Positions 52,326-64,000 of a stretch of DNA of 64,000 nucleotides are shown here, in pieces. Made by a program: the position numbers and the translations under genes. Position 1 is the first letter of the stretch. Each line of letters begins with the position of its first letter. The stretch comes from Eledone cirrhosa (Eukaryota). The stretch spans positions 12,090,001 through 12,154,000 of the forward strand of contig OZ024765.1 in NCBI GenBank assembly GCA_964016885.1. Reading direction: 5' to 3'. The notes under the pieces were generated by a model. That model was not told the origin of the DNA and did no database searches. It saw nothing but the letters and a program-made list of their open reading frames with translations.

Positions 52326-52357
<32 letters not shown>

Positions 52358-52358
<1 letters not shown>

Positions 52359-52703
52359 CATCATCATCATCATCATTTCATTTTACGTTCGCTTTTCCCT
52401 GCTTGCTAGGGTGGGACGGGAACTGATTCTGGCTTGATTTCTACAGCTGGATGCCCTTCCTAACACCAATCTCATTTACAGTGAGTGCTGGCTACTTTTT
52501 TGCTGTGGCACCTCCACGACCACTTTACAGTGGAATGATAGGGACCCCAGTCCTTATCATCTCATTTCTACAGCTGAGTAAACTGGAGCAATGTGAAATA
52601 AAGTGTCTTGCTCAAGGAAACAACACATCACCCGGTCTGAGAATTGAACTCACAACCTTTCGATTGCAAGGCCAATGCTCTAACCACTAAGCCATGTGCC
52701 TCC
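52358..52703 (-). mobile_element. Composite SINE (family B)
   Basis: Reverse complement of 46928-47318; further copies at 55693-56036 and 59026-59361. Confidence 0.9.
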
Positions 52704-52924
52704 ATATACATATATACACACACACATATAGCGTCATAATGTCATAATGCAGACAGCCAGACATACAGACAGATATTATAAGGACGCAACCTTATATCTA
52801 TGTATCTATCGAAAAAGAAAGACTAAGAATTATAGAGAGAGATCACTAAAGCGCCTAATGCGGTCCCTAGGGCATTGAAAATTTGAAAATTTTTTTTCTC
52901 AAAACACTCACAGGACCATAAGTA

Positions 52925-53125
52925 TTACATGAGGTCACGGTGCTGTGTCATCGCCTTTGAGAGGTGCAATTGGGTAAGGTCGGCTTTTATCACCTCATCC
53001 CAAATCTTCTTGGGTCTCCCCACTCCGTGGCTGCCATCAACTTCTTGTGCTCTGCACCTTTTTATGCAGCTGTCATCCTTCATACGCATCACATGTCCAT
53101 ACAACACAACCTCCTCTCCTGCATA
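52925..53125 (-). mobile_element. RTE LINE C-terminal fragment (duplicate at 56258-56458)
   Basis: YGHVMRMKDDSCIKRC..VDGSHGVGRPKKIWDEVIKADL. Confidence 0.8.
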
Positions 53126-53587
53126 TAGTATTGTATAGTATTGCATAGTAGTATTGTATAGTATTTTATAGTATTGTATAGTATTGTATTGTATAGTCTT
53201 GCATAGTATAATGTAGTATTGTATAGTATTGTACAATATTGTATAGTGTTGTTAAGTATTTTATAGTATTGTAAAGTGTTGTATAGTATTCTATAATATT
53301 GTATAGTATTGTATAGTATTGTACAGTATTGTATAGTATTGTATAGCTCTCAAACTAGAAAAATACTGATCTCAAATCCCTGATATTCACAGAGAGGATG
53401 ACAAAGGAACTTGACAAGTGGAGAGATGTTGTGCTGAAAAGGACCCATCCAACCCATGCAAGCATGGAAAAACAAACGGAAAAACAATAAATGATGACAA
53501 TGATGATGATACACACATACACACACACATTTATATATAGATATATATATAGTTATTTTTTCCTGGACCTTTCCAACGGAATTACTT

Positions 53588-53639
<52 letters not shown>

Positions 53640-53654
53640 TATATATGTATGTGT

Positions 53655-53992
53655 GTCAATGTACGAGAACGACCAAGCATGGATGAGTTGAAAGAGAACT
53701 GAAGGATAAGTTGTGGTGTGCAGGAGAGAAGACTGTGATTGTATGGACATGTGATGCGCATGGAGGATGACCGCTAGGTAAAGAAGTGCCAAGAAATGCC
53801 AGTAGAAGGAAGACGCAGTAGAGGGAAGCCACGAAAAACACGGACAGAGGTGGTGAGAGCTGACCTCAGATCGCTGATGTTCACGGAAGAGATGAGGAAG
53901 GACCGTGACAAGTGGAGAGATGCTGTGCTGGATAGGACCCATCCCACCCTTGCAAGCAGGAAAAAGCAGACGTAAAATGATGATGATGATGA

Positions 53993-53995
<3 letters not shown>
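53655..53995 (+). mobile_element. RTE LINE 3' end with (TGA)n tail (duplicate at 56988-57328)
   Basis: VQERRL..YGHVMRMEDDR*VKKC..VEGRRSRGKPRKT..EMRKDRDKWR, then cccacccttgcaagcagg..gacgtaaaa(tga)n. Confidence 0.85.
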
Positions 53996-54039
<44 letters not shown>

Positions 54040-54481
54040 CACACACACATATATATATATATATATGTGTATATATACACATATAGGTAGATAGATGGAT
54101 GGATATTTATGTACATATATATTACATTCTAAACAAAGATGTTACATTAATATGATAGCTTATCTGTTTACTGCATGAGAGGACACAGATAATAGGTGGG
54201 CTAGTGTTTACACACACAGACACACACACACACACACTAACCATCCAATCCACACATACATATACGCAAAACAACCAAACCCTTCTTTGTTTTAACTTCA
54301 TAATAAAGAAAGCTAAGAAAAAGAGGTCCTTATGGCTATATATATATATATATACAAACACACACACGTAGTCTTCTTCGAGTAAACAGCATCTGATCCC
54401 TCTTTTTTCTTAATTTCTCACTTGGTTCGTTTATGCTTTGCCGTTCATGTATATTACTATGATACATCCAATGAGGAATAA

Positions 54482-54512
<31 letters not shown>

Positions 54513-54513
54513 C

Positions 54514-54572
<59 letters not shown>

Positions 54573-54587
54573 CATATATATATATAC

Positions 54588-54634
<47 letters not shown>

Positions 54635-54640
54635 TATATG

Positions 54641-54713
<73 letters not shown>

Positions 54714-54717
54714 GTAT

Positions 54718-54763
<46 letters not shown>

Positions 54764-54764
54764 G

Positions 54765-54810
<46 letters not shown>

Positions 54811-54814
54811 CATA

Positions 54815-55284
54815 TATAAAAACAAATAACGAAACGAAATTAAATTTTGTTTCGTTTGTAACTCACTTTTGTATGACTGACGCTTAAACAATTAAGTTAA
54901 AAATGTACATCTACATATGCATACTGAAATACTAGTGTGTATATGAATACACACACGTATACATATGTAGGTGTACCAAGTCTTTCACTGGTCGCTTTAC
55001 AGTGAGCGGCCCAGCTATTCTGTATGTAAACACACAGACAAACCGGTTTTTAGAGTCATACTGGTTTTTCGGGGGAAACACCTTCCCCCTATTCTCCAGA
55101 AAGCCAGACAAGGAATATTGAACTAGTTTCGTTGTTGTTACAACTCATCAGCAATATTTACCTATCTACCGGCCTTTCTGGAGAATTGTAAAAGCACATA
55201 TCGTTATATGCTTTTTCTATGAAAATTAGTAGTGGGCAGACCAATTTGCATAGAGTGTGAGTACGCACCGGTTCAGCGGAGACG

Positions 55285-55287
<3 letters not shown>
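54815..55287 (-). mobile_element. Single diverged monomer of the hammerhead repeat family (duplicate at ~58148-58620)
   Basis: Shares with the 478-bp unit the ctcac..tatgcaaatt.g.ctgc..taattttcata..aaag block, the hammerhead, and the tttaag..catac.aa.agtgag..aaa.gaaa..tttcgttt segment; flanked by (TA)n. Confidence 0.8.
55091..55186 (-). ncRNA. Extended type I hammerhead ribozyme (variant family member)
   Basis: Minus: AATATTG-CTGATGA-GTTG-TAACAA-CAAC-GAAA-CTAG-TT-CAATATT; distal stem ATTCTCCAGAAA/TTTCTGGAGAAT; GUU site between 55121 and 55120. Confidence 0.88.
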
Positions 55288-55315
<28 letters not shown>

Positions 55316-55402
55316 CATATATATATATACATATATATATATATACATATATATATATACATATATATATATACATATATATATATACATATATATATAT
55401 AC

Positions 55403-55475
<73 letters not shown>

Positions 55476-55508
55476 CATATATATATACATATATATATAC
55501 ATATATAC

Positions 55509-55591
<83 letters not shown>

Positions 55592-55618
55592 TATACATAT
55601 ATATATACATATATATAC

Positions 55619-55689
<71 letters not shown>

Positions 55690-56920
55690 TATCATCATTT
55701 CATCATCATTTCATTTTACGTCCGCTTTTTCCTGCTTGCAAGGGTGGGACGGGAACTGATTCTGGCTTGATTTCTACAGCTGGATGCCCTTCCTAACACC
55801 AACCTCATTTACAGTGAGTGCTGGGTGCTTTTTTGACGTGGCACCTCCAGGACCACTTTGCAGTGGAATGATATGGACCCCAAGCCCTATCATCTCATTT
55901 CTACAGCTGAGTAAACTGGAGCAATGTGAAATAAAGTGTCTTGCTCAAGGACACAACACATCACCCGGTCTGAGAATTGAACTCACAACCTTTCGATTGC
56001 AAGGCCAATGCTCTAACCACTAAGCCATGTGCCTCCATATACATATATACACACACACATATAGCGTCATAATGTCATAATGCAGACAGCCAGACATACA
56101 GACAGATATTATAAGGACGCAACCTTATATCTATGTATCTATCGAAAAAGAAAGACTAAGAATTATAGAGAGAGATCACTAAAGCGCCTAATGCGGTCCC
56201 TAGGGCATTGAAAATTTGAAAATTTTTTTTCTCAAAACACTCACAGGACCATAAGTATTACATGAGGTCACGGTGCTGTGTCATCGCCTTTGAGAGGTGC
56301 AATTGGGTAAGGTCGGCTTTTATCACCTCATCCCAAATCTTCTTGGGTCTCCCCACTCCGTGGCTGCCATCAACTTCTTGTGCTCTGCACCTTTTTATGC
56401 AGCTGTCATCCTTCATACGCATCACATGTCCATACAACACAACCTCCTCTCCTGCATATAGTATTGTATAGTATTGCATAGTAGTATTGTATAGTATTTT
56501 ATAGTATTGTATAGTATTGTATTGTATAGTCTTGCATAGTATAATGTAGTATTGTATAGTATTGTACAATATTGTATAGTGTTGTTAAGTATTTTATAGT
56601 ATTGTAAAGTGTTGTATAGTATTCTATAATATTGTATAGTATTGTATAGTATTGTACAGTATTGTATAGTATTGTATAGCTCTCAAACTAGAAAAATACT
56701 GATCTCAAATCCCTGATATTCACAGAGAGGATGACAAAGGAACTTGACAAGTGGAGAGATGTTGTGCTGAAAAGGACCCATCCAACCCATGCAAGCATGG
56801 AAAAACAAACGGAAAAACAATAAATGATGACAATGATGATGATACACACATACACACACACATTTATATATAGATATATATATAGTTATTTTTTCCTGGA
56901 CCTTTCCAACGGAATTACTT

Positions 56921-56972
<52 letters not shown>

Positions 56973-57325
56973 TATATATGTATGTGTGTCAATGTACGAG
57001 AACGACCAAGCATGGATGAGTTGAAAGAGAACTGAAGGATAAGTTGTGGTGTGCAGGAGAGAAGACTGTGATTGTATGGACATGTGATGCGCATGGAGGA
57101 TGACCGCTAGGTAAAGAAGTGCCAAGAAATGCCAGTAGAAGGAAGACGCAGTAGAGGGAAGCCACGAAAAACACGGACAGAGGTGGTGAGAGCTGACCTC
57201 AGATCGCTGATGTTCACGGAAGAGATGAGGAAGGACCGTGACAAGTGGAGAGATGCTGTGCTGGATAGGACCCATCCCACCCTTGCAAGCAGGAAAAAGC
57301 AGACGTAAAATGATGATGATGATGA

Positions 57326-57372
<47 letters not shown>

Positions 57373-57814
57373 CACACACACATATATATATATATATATG
57401 TGTATATATACACATATAGGTAGATAGATGGATGGATATTTATGTACATATATATTACATTCTAAACAAAGATGTTACATTAATATGATAGCTTATCTGT
57501 TTACTGCATGAGAGGACACAGATAATAGGTGGGCTAGTGTTTACACACACAGACACACACACACACACACTAACCATCCAATCCACACATACATATACGC
57601 AAAACAACCAAACCCTTCTTTGTTTTAACTTCATAATAAAGAAAGCTAAGAAAAAGAGGTCCTTATGGCTATATATATATATATATACAAACACACACAC
57701 GTAGTCTTCTTCGAGTAAACAGCATCTGATCCCTCTTTTTTCTTAATTTCTCACTTGGTTCGTTTATGCTTTGCCGTTCATGTATATTACTATGATACAT
57801 CCAATGAGGAATAA

Positions 57815-57845
<31 letters not shown>

Positions 57846-57846
57846 C

Positions 57847-57905
<59 letters not shown>

Positions 57906-57920
57906 CATATATATATATAC

Positions 57921-57967
<47 letters not shown>

Positions 57968-57973
57968 TATATG

Positions 57974-58046
<73 letters not shown>

Positions 58047-58050
58047 GTAT

Positions 58051-58096
<46 letters not shown>

Positions 58097-58097
58097 G

Positions 58098-58143
<46 letters not shown>

Positions 58144-58423
58144 CATATATAAAAACAAATAACGAAACGAAATTAAATTTTGTTTCGTTTGTAACTCACT
58201 TTTGTATGACTGACGCTTAAACAATTAAGTTAAAAATGTACATCTACATATGCATACTGAAATACTAGTGTGTATATGAATACACACACGTATACATATG
58301 TAGGTGTACCAAGTCTTTCACTGGTCGCTTTACAGTGAGCGGCCCAGCTATTCTGTATGTAAACACACAGACAAACCGGTTTTTAGAGTCATACTGGTTT
58401 TTCGGGGGAAACACCTTCCCCCT

Positions 58424-58519
58424 ATTCTCCAGAAAGCCAGACAAGGAATATTGAACTAGTTTCGTTGTTGTTACAACTCATCAGCAATATTTACCTATCT
58501 ACCGGCCTTTCTGGAGAAT
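58424..58519 (-). ncRNA. Extended type I hammerhead ribozyme (duplicate of 55091-55186)
   Basis: Identical sequence at +3333. Confidence 0.88.
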
Positions 58520-58617
58520 TGTAAAAGCACATATCGTTATATGCTTTTTCTATGAAAATTAGTAGTGGGCAGACCAATTTGCATAGAGTGTGAGTACGCA
58601 CCGGTTCAGCGGAGACG

Positions 58618-58648
<31 letters not shown>

Positions 58649-58735
58649 CATATATATATATACATATATATATATATACATATATATATATACATATATA
58701 TATATACATATATATATATACATATATATATATAC

Positions 58736-58808
<73 letters not shown>

Positions 58809-58841
58809 CATATATATATACATATATATATACATATATAC

Positions 58842-58924
<83 letters not shown>

Positions 58925-58951
58925 TATACATATATATATACATATATATAC

Positions 58952-59022
<71 letters not shown>

Positions 59023-60000
59023 TATCATCATTTCATCATCATTTCATTTTACGTCCGCTTTTTCCTGCTTGCAAGGGTGGGACGGGAACTGATTCTGGCT
59101 TGATTTCTACAGCTGGATGCCCTTCCTAACACCAACCTCATTTACAGTGAGTGCTGGGTGCTTTTTTGACGTGGCACCTCCAGGACCACTTTGCAGTGGA
59201 ATGATATGGACCCCAAGCCCTATCATCTCATTTCTACAGCTGAGTAAACTGGAGCAATGTGAAATAAAGTGTCTTGCTCAAGGACACAACACATCACCCG
59301 GTCTGAGAATTGAACTCACAACCTTTCGATTGCAAGGCCAATGCTCTAACCACTAAGCCATCTGCCTGCATAATTATGTCACATAATATTGAATCTATGA
59401 GATTTTGAAAGTATTTATTTTGAGAACAATACCTTAACATCAGTTTGAGTGGCCAGTTACAGCCAGTTTCAACAGAAAGGGGTAGAGAATTCTGGCTGGT
59501 TTTGGCCGGTTTGAACACTAAAGGGTTAATATCCTGCTGAGAGATGCCAACATTGATAACATCGATGAACTGAGAAATGTCATGCTCAACCAAGACCACT
59601 GGAGAAAACGTGCTGAATCTTTACTAGTGTAAACTTGGCCTAAGAAGAAGAATTAATATCATTCTACTCATGACTGATAGTGCCTTCATATTGACATTAT
59701 CTAACAAGAAATGACAGCCACAAATCTATCATATTTCACACAGCAACAATCTTAAATAAAGAATGAGATGGTCATCAATATATTGATTATAAAGTTGTGG
59801 TCAGTTGTCCATCAATTAATCCTTAAAGGCCATTGCCCATAACTCAGTTTCTTGCTCACCCATTGTTGTTAACAGAGACATCAAATATAAGCAATTGATT
59901 TGACAAACATATTCATAAGTTCCTGTTTGTATCTATCAACCCCTCTCTCTCTCACACTCTCTCTCTATCTATCTATCTATCTTTCTGTTCTCCCCTCGCT

Positions 60001-60063
<63 letters not shown>

Positions 60064-60338
60064 GTGTGTATGTGTGTGTGTGTGTGTGTGTATATATAAC
60101 AAAGACTTAATAAGAGATGGCAATCATCTGTGAAGACACTGCAATCCTCATATATATACACACATATATATGTATATATGTTCACACACACACACACATA
60201 TATATATAAATATATATATATATACATATGTGTGTGTGTGTGTGTATACATATAAATATATATAGTTCAAGGAAACAACAAAACATACAAAAAGTCTTAG
60301 TTTCACACTTTATATAGATTTATCTATCTATCTACCTT

Positions 60339-60370
<32 letters not shown>

Positions 60371-61128
60371 CACACACACATATATATACACATAGATATA
60401 TATGTAATATGTACACACACATATATATATATTTCAAGGAAACAACAAAACAGAGATACAAAGTATTATTAGTTTCACGCTGTATATGGAAAATGGGAAA
60501 GAAAGTTTGACATGCCTGTCATTGGCCCTTCTTCAGGGGTACAAAAATAGAGACAGGATCACAAGGGATAGACACAGAGAATAAAAGGTAGTCTGTAGTA
60601 AAAAAAAAAATAAATAAATAAATAAATAAAACAAAAGAGACTAAATAAGATAAACCCATTAGGTAGTCTTGGTAATGTAAATTGGAATGCTAAGTGAAAT
60701 TTGTGTACAGATTTGTCCAACCCTCACAAGCAGGGAAAGTGGTCACTAAACGATGATGATCGCACCCACACATGCACATACACACACTCATTGAACTCCC
60801 CCCCCCCCACACACACACACCCCACCCCACTACCCACACAATGCTGGCCAAAAGCATTTTGAAGAGCAAGGAGATTTGTCAGATAGACACACAAGTGGAA
60901 GATTACGAATTAAACGAACTCCTACTCTCATTAAAGCTGGTTGGGAAAGGATAAGAAGAAATCCGAAAAGGTTCATGAGGAAAAATGGCAAAAGACGTCC
61001 GAGTAAGCCCTAGGACAATGAGAAGGATCATCAATGATGACTTGGAAATGTCTTCCTTTACCCTTCAGAAGAGACAAACCTTTTTCTGAAAAGACAAAAC
61101 AAAAAAGACGAGAGAAGCAAGAATTTGC

Positions 61129-61858
61129 TTAACACTTTAGCATTTACTTTACTTTCCATGCCCTGCCCTCCTTCTCCATTGGCACGAAGCTAAACAACCA
61201 TAGCCTGCACATTGGCGTTTCCCTGAGGCTCGGCCTCCGGATCTGCCAGCCACACCAATGTCGCTGCGGTTCCACCGTGGACTCTTTCGGCCTCCACCCG
61301 CTTTCCTGTCGCCACAGTGCCGGCCGCATTCCGCGCCATGCTGCCATCAACGATTAAATTTAGGAACACCTTGGACGCTGCAGGCTTCCCTTCCCAGCTC
61401 GAGCCGGTGGGGCTGGACCGAGGGGGCGGCAAAAGGCCAGATGGCACGACCATCTTCCCATTCCGCGGTGGCAAACCCCTCGTCTGGGATGCCACTTGCA
61501 CTGACACTTTCTGCAGCCGCAACCTGGTGCAGTCTGCGACTGACCCAGGTTCTGCTGCACATCGGAGTGAGGAGACCAAACTCCTCAAATACCGGTCGCT
61601 CTCCGACAGGTTTGCGGTCGTACCCCTGGCAGTGGAGACTTCTGGTGTCCTCGGCCCCAGAGCTACCTCCTTACTATATACTATTGTTTTTTTGCTGTAA
61701 AGGCTTTACCTAACATAATTTTGAATCTATGAGATTTTGTTATTATTTAGAGAACAATACCTTAACATTGGTATGAGTGGTCAGTTACAGCCAGTTTGAA
61801 CAGAAACAGATGAGAGAATTCTGGCCAGATACGACTGGTTTAAATGCTAAAGGGTTAA
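61129..61858 (+). mobile_element. TTAA MITE carrying an internal CRE-like fragment
   Basis: TTAACACTTTAGCATTTA ... TAAATGCTAAAGGGTTAA termini; 61671-61858 aligns by eye with the 23778 MITE. Confidence 0.75.
61155..61672 (+). mobile_element. CRE-like non-LTR retrotransposon fragment (zinc knuckle + restriction-like endonuclease)
   Basis: [32 protein letters not shown]; LEPVGLDRGGGKRPDG..PFRGGKPLVWDATC..EETKLLKY..PLAVETSG. Confidence 0.82.
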
Positions 61859-62766
61859 AGAAATGAAATGTGGCATGGCGGGGGCAAATTATCTGGTGAG
61901 ATTAAAAGATTGTCACTGTTGAGCAGACATACAACTGAAGAAATGATTGAGTCATAAGGAGAAAAAAAACATCAGCAATCAGTCTTGACCAACAAATCGG
62001 CTTCTGTTATGGTCTGGGGAACTGTTCCATCATCTTGGAAGTCTCTCATTTTTGTGAAAGAAAGGACAAAAATCAACTCCCAAACAGTATTCTGAAGCCT
62101 ATGCTTGCTTCTGCAACTAATCATTTTGGCAATAATTATCTGTGGACCTGCCAAAACACAAACATATATACTTACATACACACATATATATATATACTTA
62201 CATATACATATACATATATATATACTTACATATACACACATACACACATATATATATACTTACACACACACATACACACAAATATATATATATATATATA
62301 TATACATATATATACTTACATACACACACAAACACTTACTTATCATCCACATACATCCAGTTATGTTTCATTGTTGTTATTCCCCCAACCTCAATGTTGT
62401 CAAGGGATTGGTTAGGTCACAAAACTCTGTGTCATGTCACCTTATACATAACAACAACATAACACCAATCCTAACATTGATGTCATCAGATATCCTACAA
62501 CGAAGGTGGCAGGGGTATATTAAGGGTCTGGGGGGTGTATTTTATCAGATTTATTATTTTTTTTCTTTTACTTTTACAATCGATAGAATAATCAGTAAGA
62601 TCAATAGAGAGGAAAATCAATAATAGGTTTATGTCAAATATACAGACGCACAATTCAATACGTTTCAGCTGCTAATAAAATATACATACTCTACTTTAAA
62701 TATAGAGTATTATATCCTGCTTCTTTCGTTTGTAAATCCAGCTTTTCATCAAGCAATATATATATA

Positions 62767-63394
62767 TCATCATCATTTCATTTTACGTTCGCTTTTTCCC
62801 TGCTTGCAAGGGTGGGACGGGAACTGATTCTAGCTTGATTTCTACAGCTGGATGCCCTTCCAAACACCAACCTCATTTACAGTGAGTGCTGGGTGCTTTT
62901 TTGCTGTGGCACCTCCACGACCACTTTGCAGTGGAATGATAGGGACCCCAGTCCCTATCATCTCATTTCTACAGCTGAGTAAACTGGAGCAATGTAAAAT
63001 AAAGTGTCTTGCTCAAGGAAACAACACATCACCCGGTCTGAGAATTGAACTCACAACCTTTCGATTGCAAGTTCAATTCTCAGATCGGGTGATGTGTTGT
63101 TTCCTTGAGCAAGACACTTTATTTCACATTGCTCCAGTTTACTCAGCTGTAGAAATGAGATGATAGGGACTGGGGTCCATATCATTCCACTGCAAAGTGG
63201 TCATGGAGGTGCCACGGCAAAGAAGCACCCATCCCACACTGTAAAGTAGACGTGGAGGCGCCACGGAAAAAAAAAAAAAGCACCCAGCACTCACTGTAAA
63301 TGAGGTTGGTGTTAGGAAGGGCATCCAGCTGTAGAAATCAAGCCAGAACCACTTCCCATCCCACCCTTGCAAGCAGGGAAAAAGCGGACATAAA

Positions 63395-63426
<32 letters not shown>
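62767..63426. mobile_element. Head-to-head inverted pair of SINE B copies
   Basis: Minus copy 62767-63070 joined directly to a plus copy starting gttcaattctcag at 63071; both heads truncated. Confidence 0.88.
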
Positions 63427-63427
<1 letters not shown>

Positions 63428-63608
63428 ATATATATATATATATATATATAAATGAAGTATTTCCGTAGGAAAGGTAAAGAAAAAGAGAGTGCTCTATGTA
63501 GGCTACAGAGCTTTTTAGTTATGTAATAAACAACATAAGATAATTATTTCATCTGTCTTCAAGAAACCACTGGTAAATGAAATAATTATCTTATGTTGTT
63601 TATTACAA

Positions 63609-63652
<44 letters not shown>

Positions 63653-64000
63653 CGAAGGAAGTGTGGTAAAGAACCAGGTGGACCATAACGCACTATGGGT
63701 AGTAGAGTGGGCAATAGGAAGAGAGTCAGGAGCCCAACGGCTGAGCTTCGACCGTTTCGACAGCTATTTCTGGCGGTTAGTCCAGATCTAGCTCAGCCGT
63801 CGGGATCCTGACTCTTTTCCTATATATTTGTATATGTATGTATGTATGTATATACATATATGTATGCATGTATGTATACATATATTATATGTATGCATAA
63901 ATATATATATAATGTGTGTGTTAATTTATATATATATATGTTAAGTATTTCCAAAGAAAAAGCAAAGGGGAAAAAGTGTGCTCTATGTATAAAACAGAGC

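Larger units (their letters stand above)
52620..59361. repeat. Exact tandem duplication, 3333-bp period
   Basis: All ORFs recur at +3333 with identical translations, including microsatellite lengths; boundaries fall inside SINE B copies. Confidence 0.95.
60845..62150 (+). mobile_element. Decayed Tc1/mariner-superfamily transposase (possibly DD37D/maT-like), split by an insertion
   Basis: HFEEQGDLSDRHTSGR..RIRRNPKR..MAKDVRVSPRTMRRIINDDL before 61129 and SASVMVWG..LIFVKERTKINSQ after 61858. Confidence 0.65.

Overview
Repeat-saturated, AT-rich animal genomic DNA. The tRNA-derived SINE families, RTE/Penelope/R4/CRE fragments and dense (TA)n/(CA)n/(GGT)n microsatellites point to an octopod cephalopod (inference). 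Most ORFs in the supplied track are microsatellite artefacts. The only convincing host coding exon is on the minus strand (39905-40907). It encodes a long low-complexity N-terminus, a transmembrane helix and a Cys/basic juxtamembrane motif resembling synaptotagmin-7. Two candidate microexons lie about 34 kb downstream, and the C2 exons are not in the window. The main discovery is a tandem array at 6703-9975 of a 478-482 bp unit in which every copy carries an extended type I hammerhead ribozyme (7 copies). A strongly diverged relative of the unit lies at about 54815-55287 (duplicated at about 58148-58620). It shows compensatory stem changes, the same loop-2 and palindromic stem-III sequences, and the same upstream octamer-containing block. 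Together these suggest a non-coding, self-cleaving, retrozyme-like family that could yield ~480-nt monomer or circular RNAs. A young Penelope element with a 1.19-kb inverted duplication and several smaller hammerhead-bearing hairpin remnants are also present.
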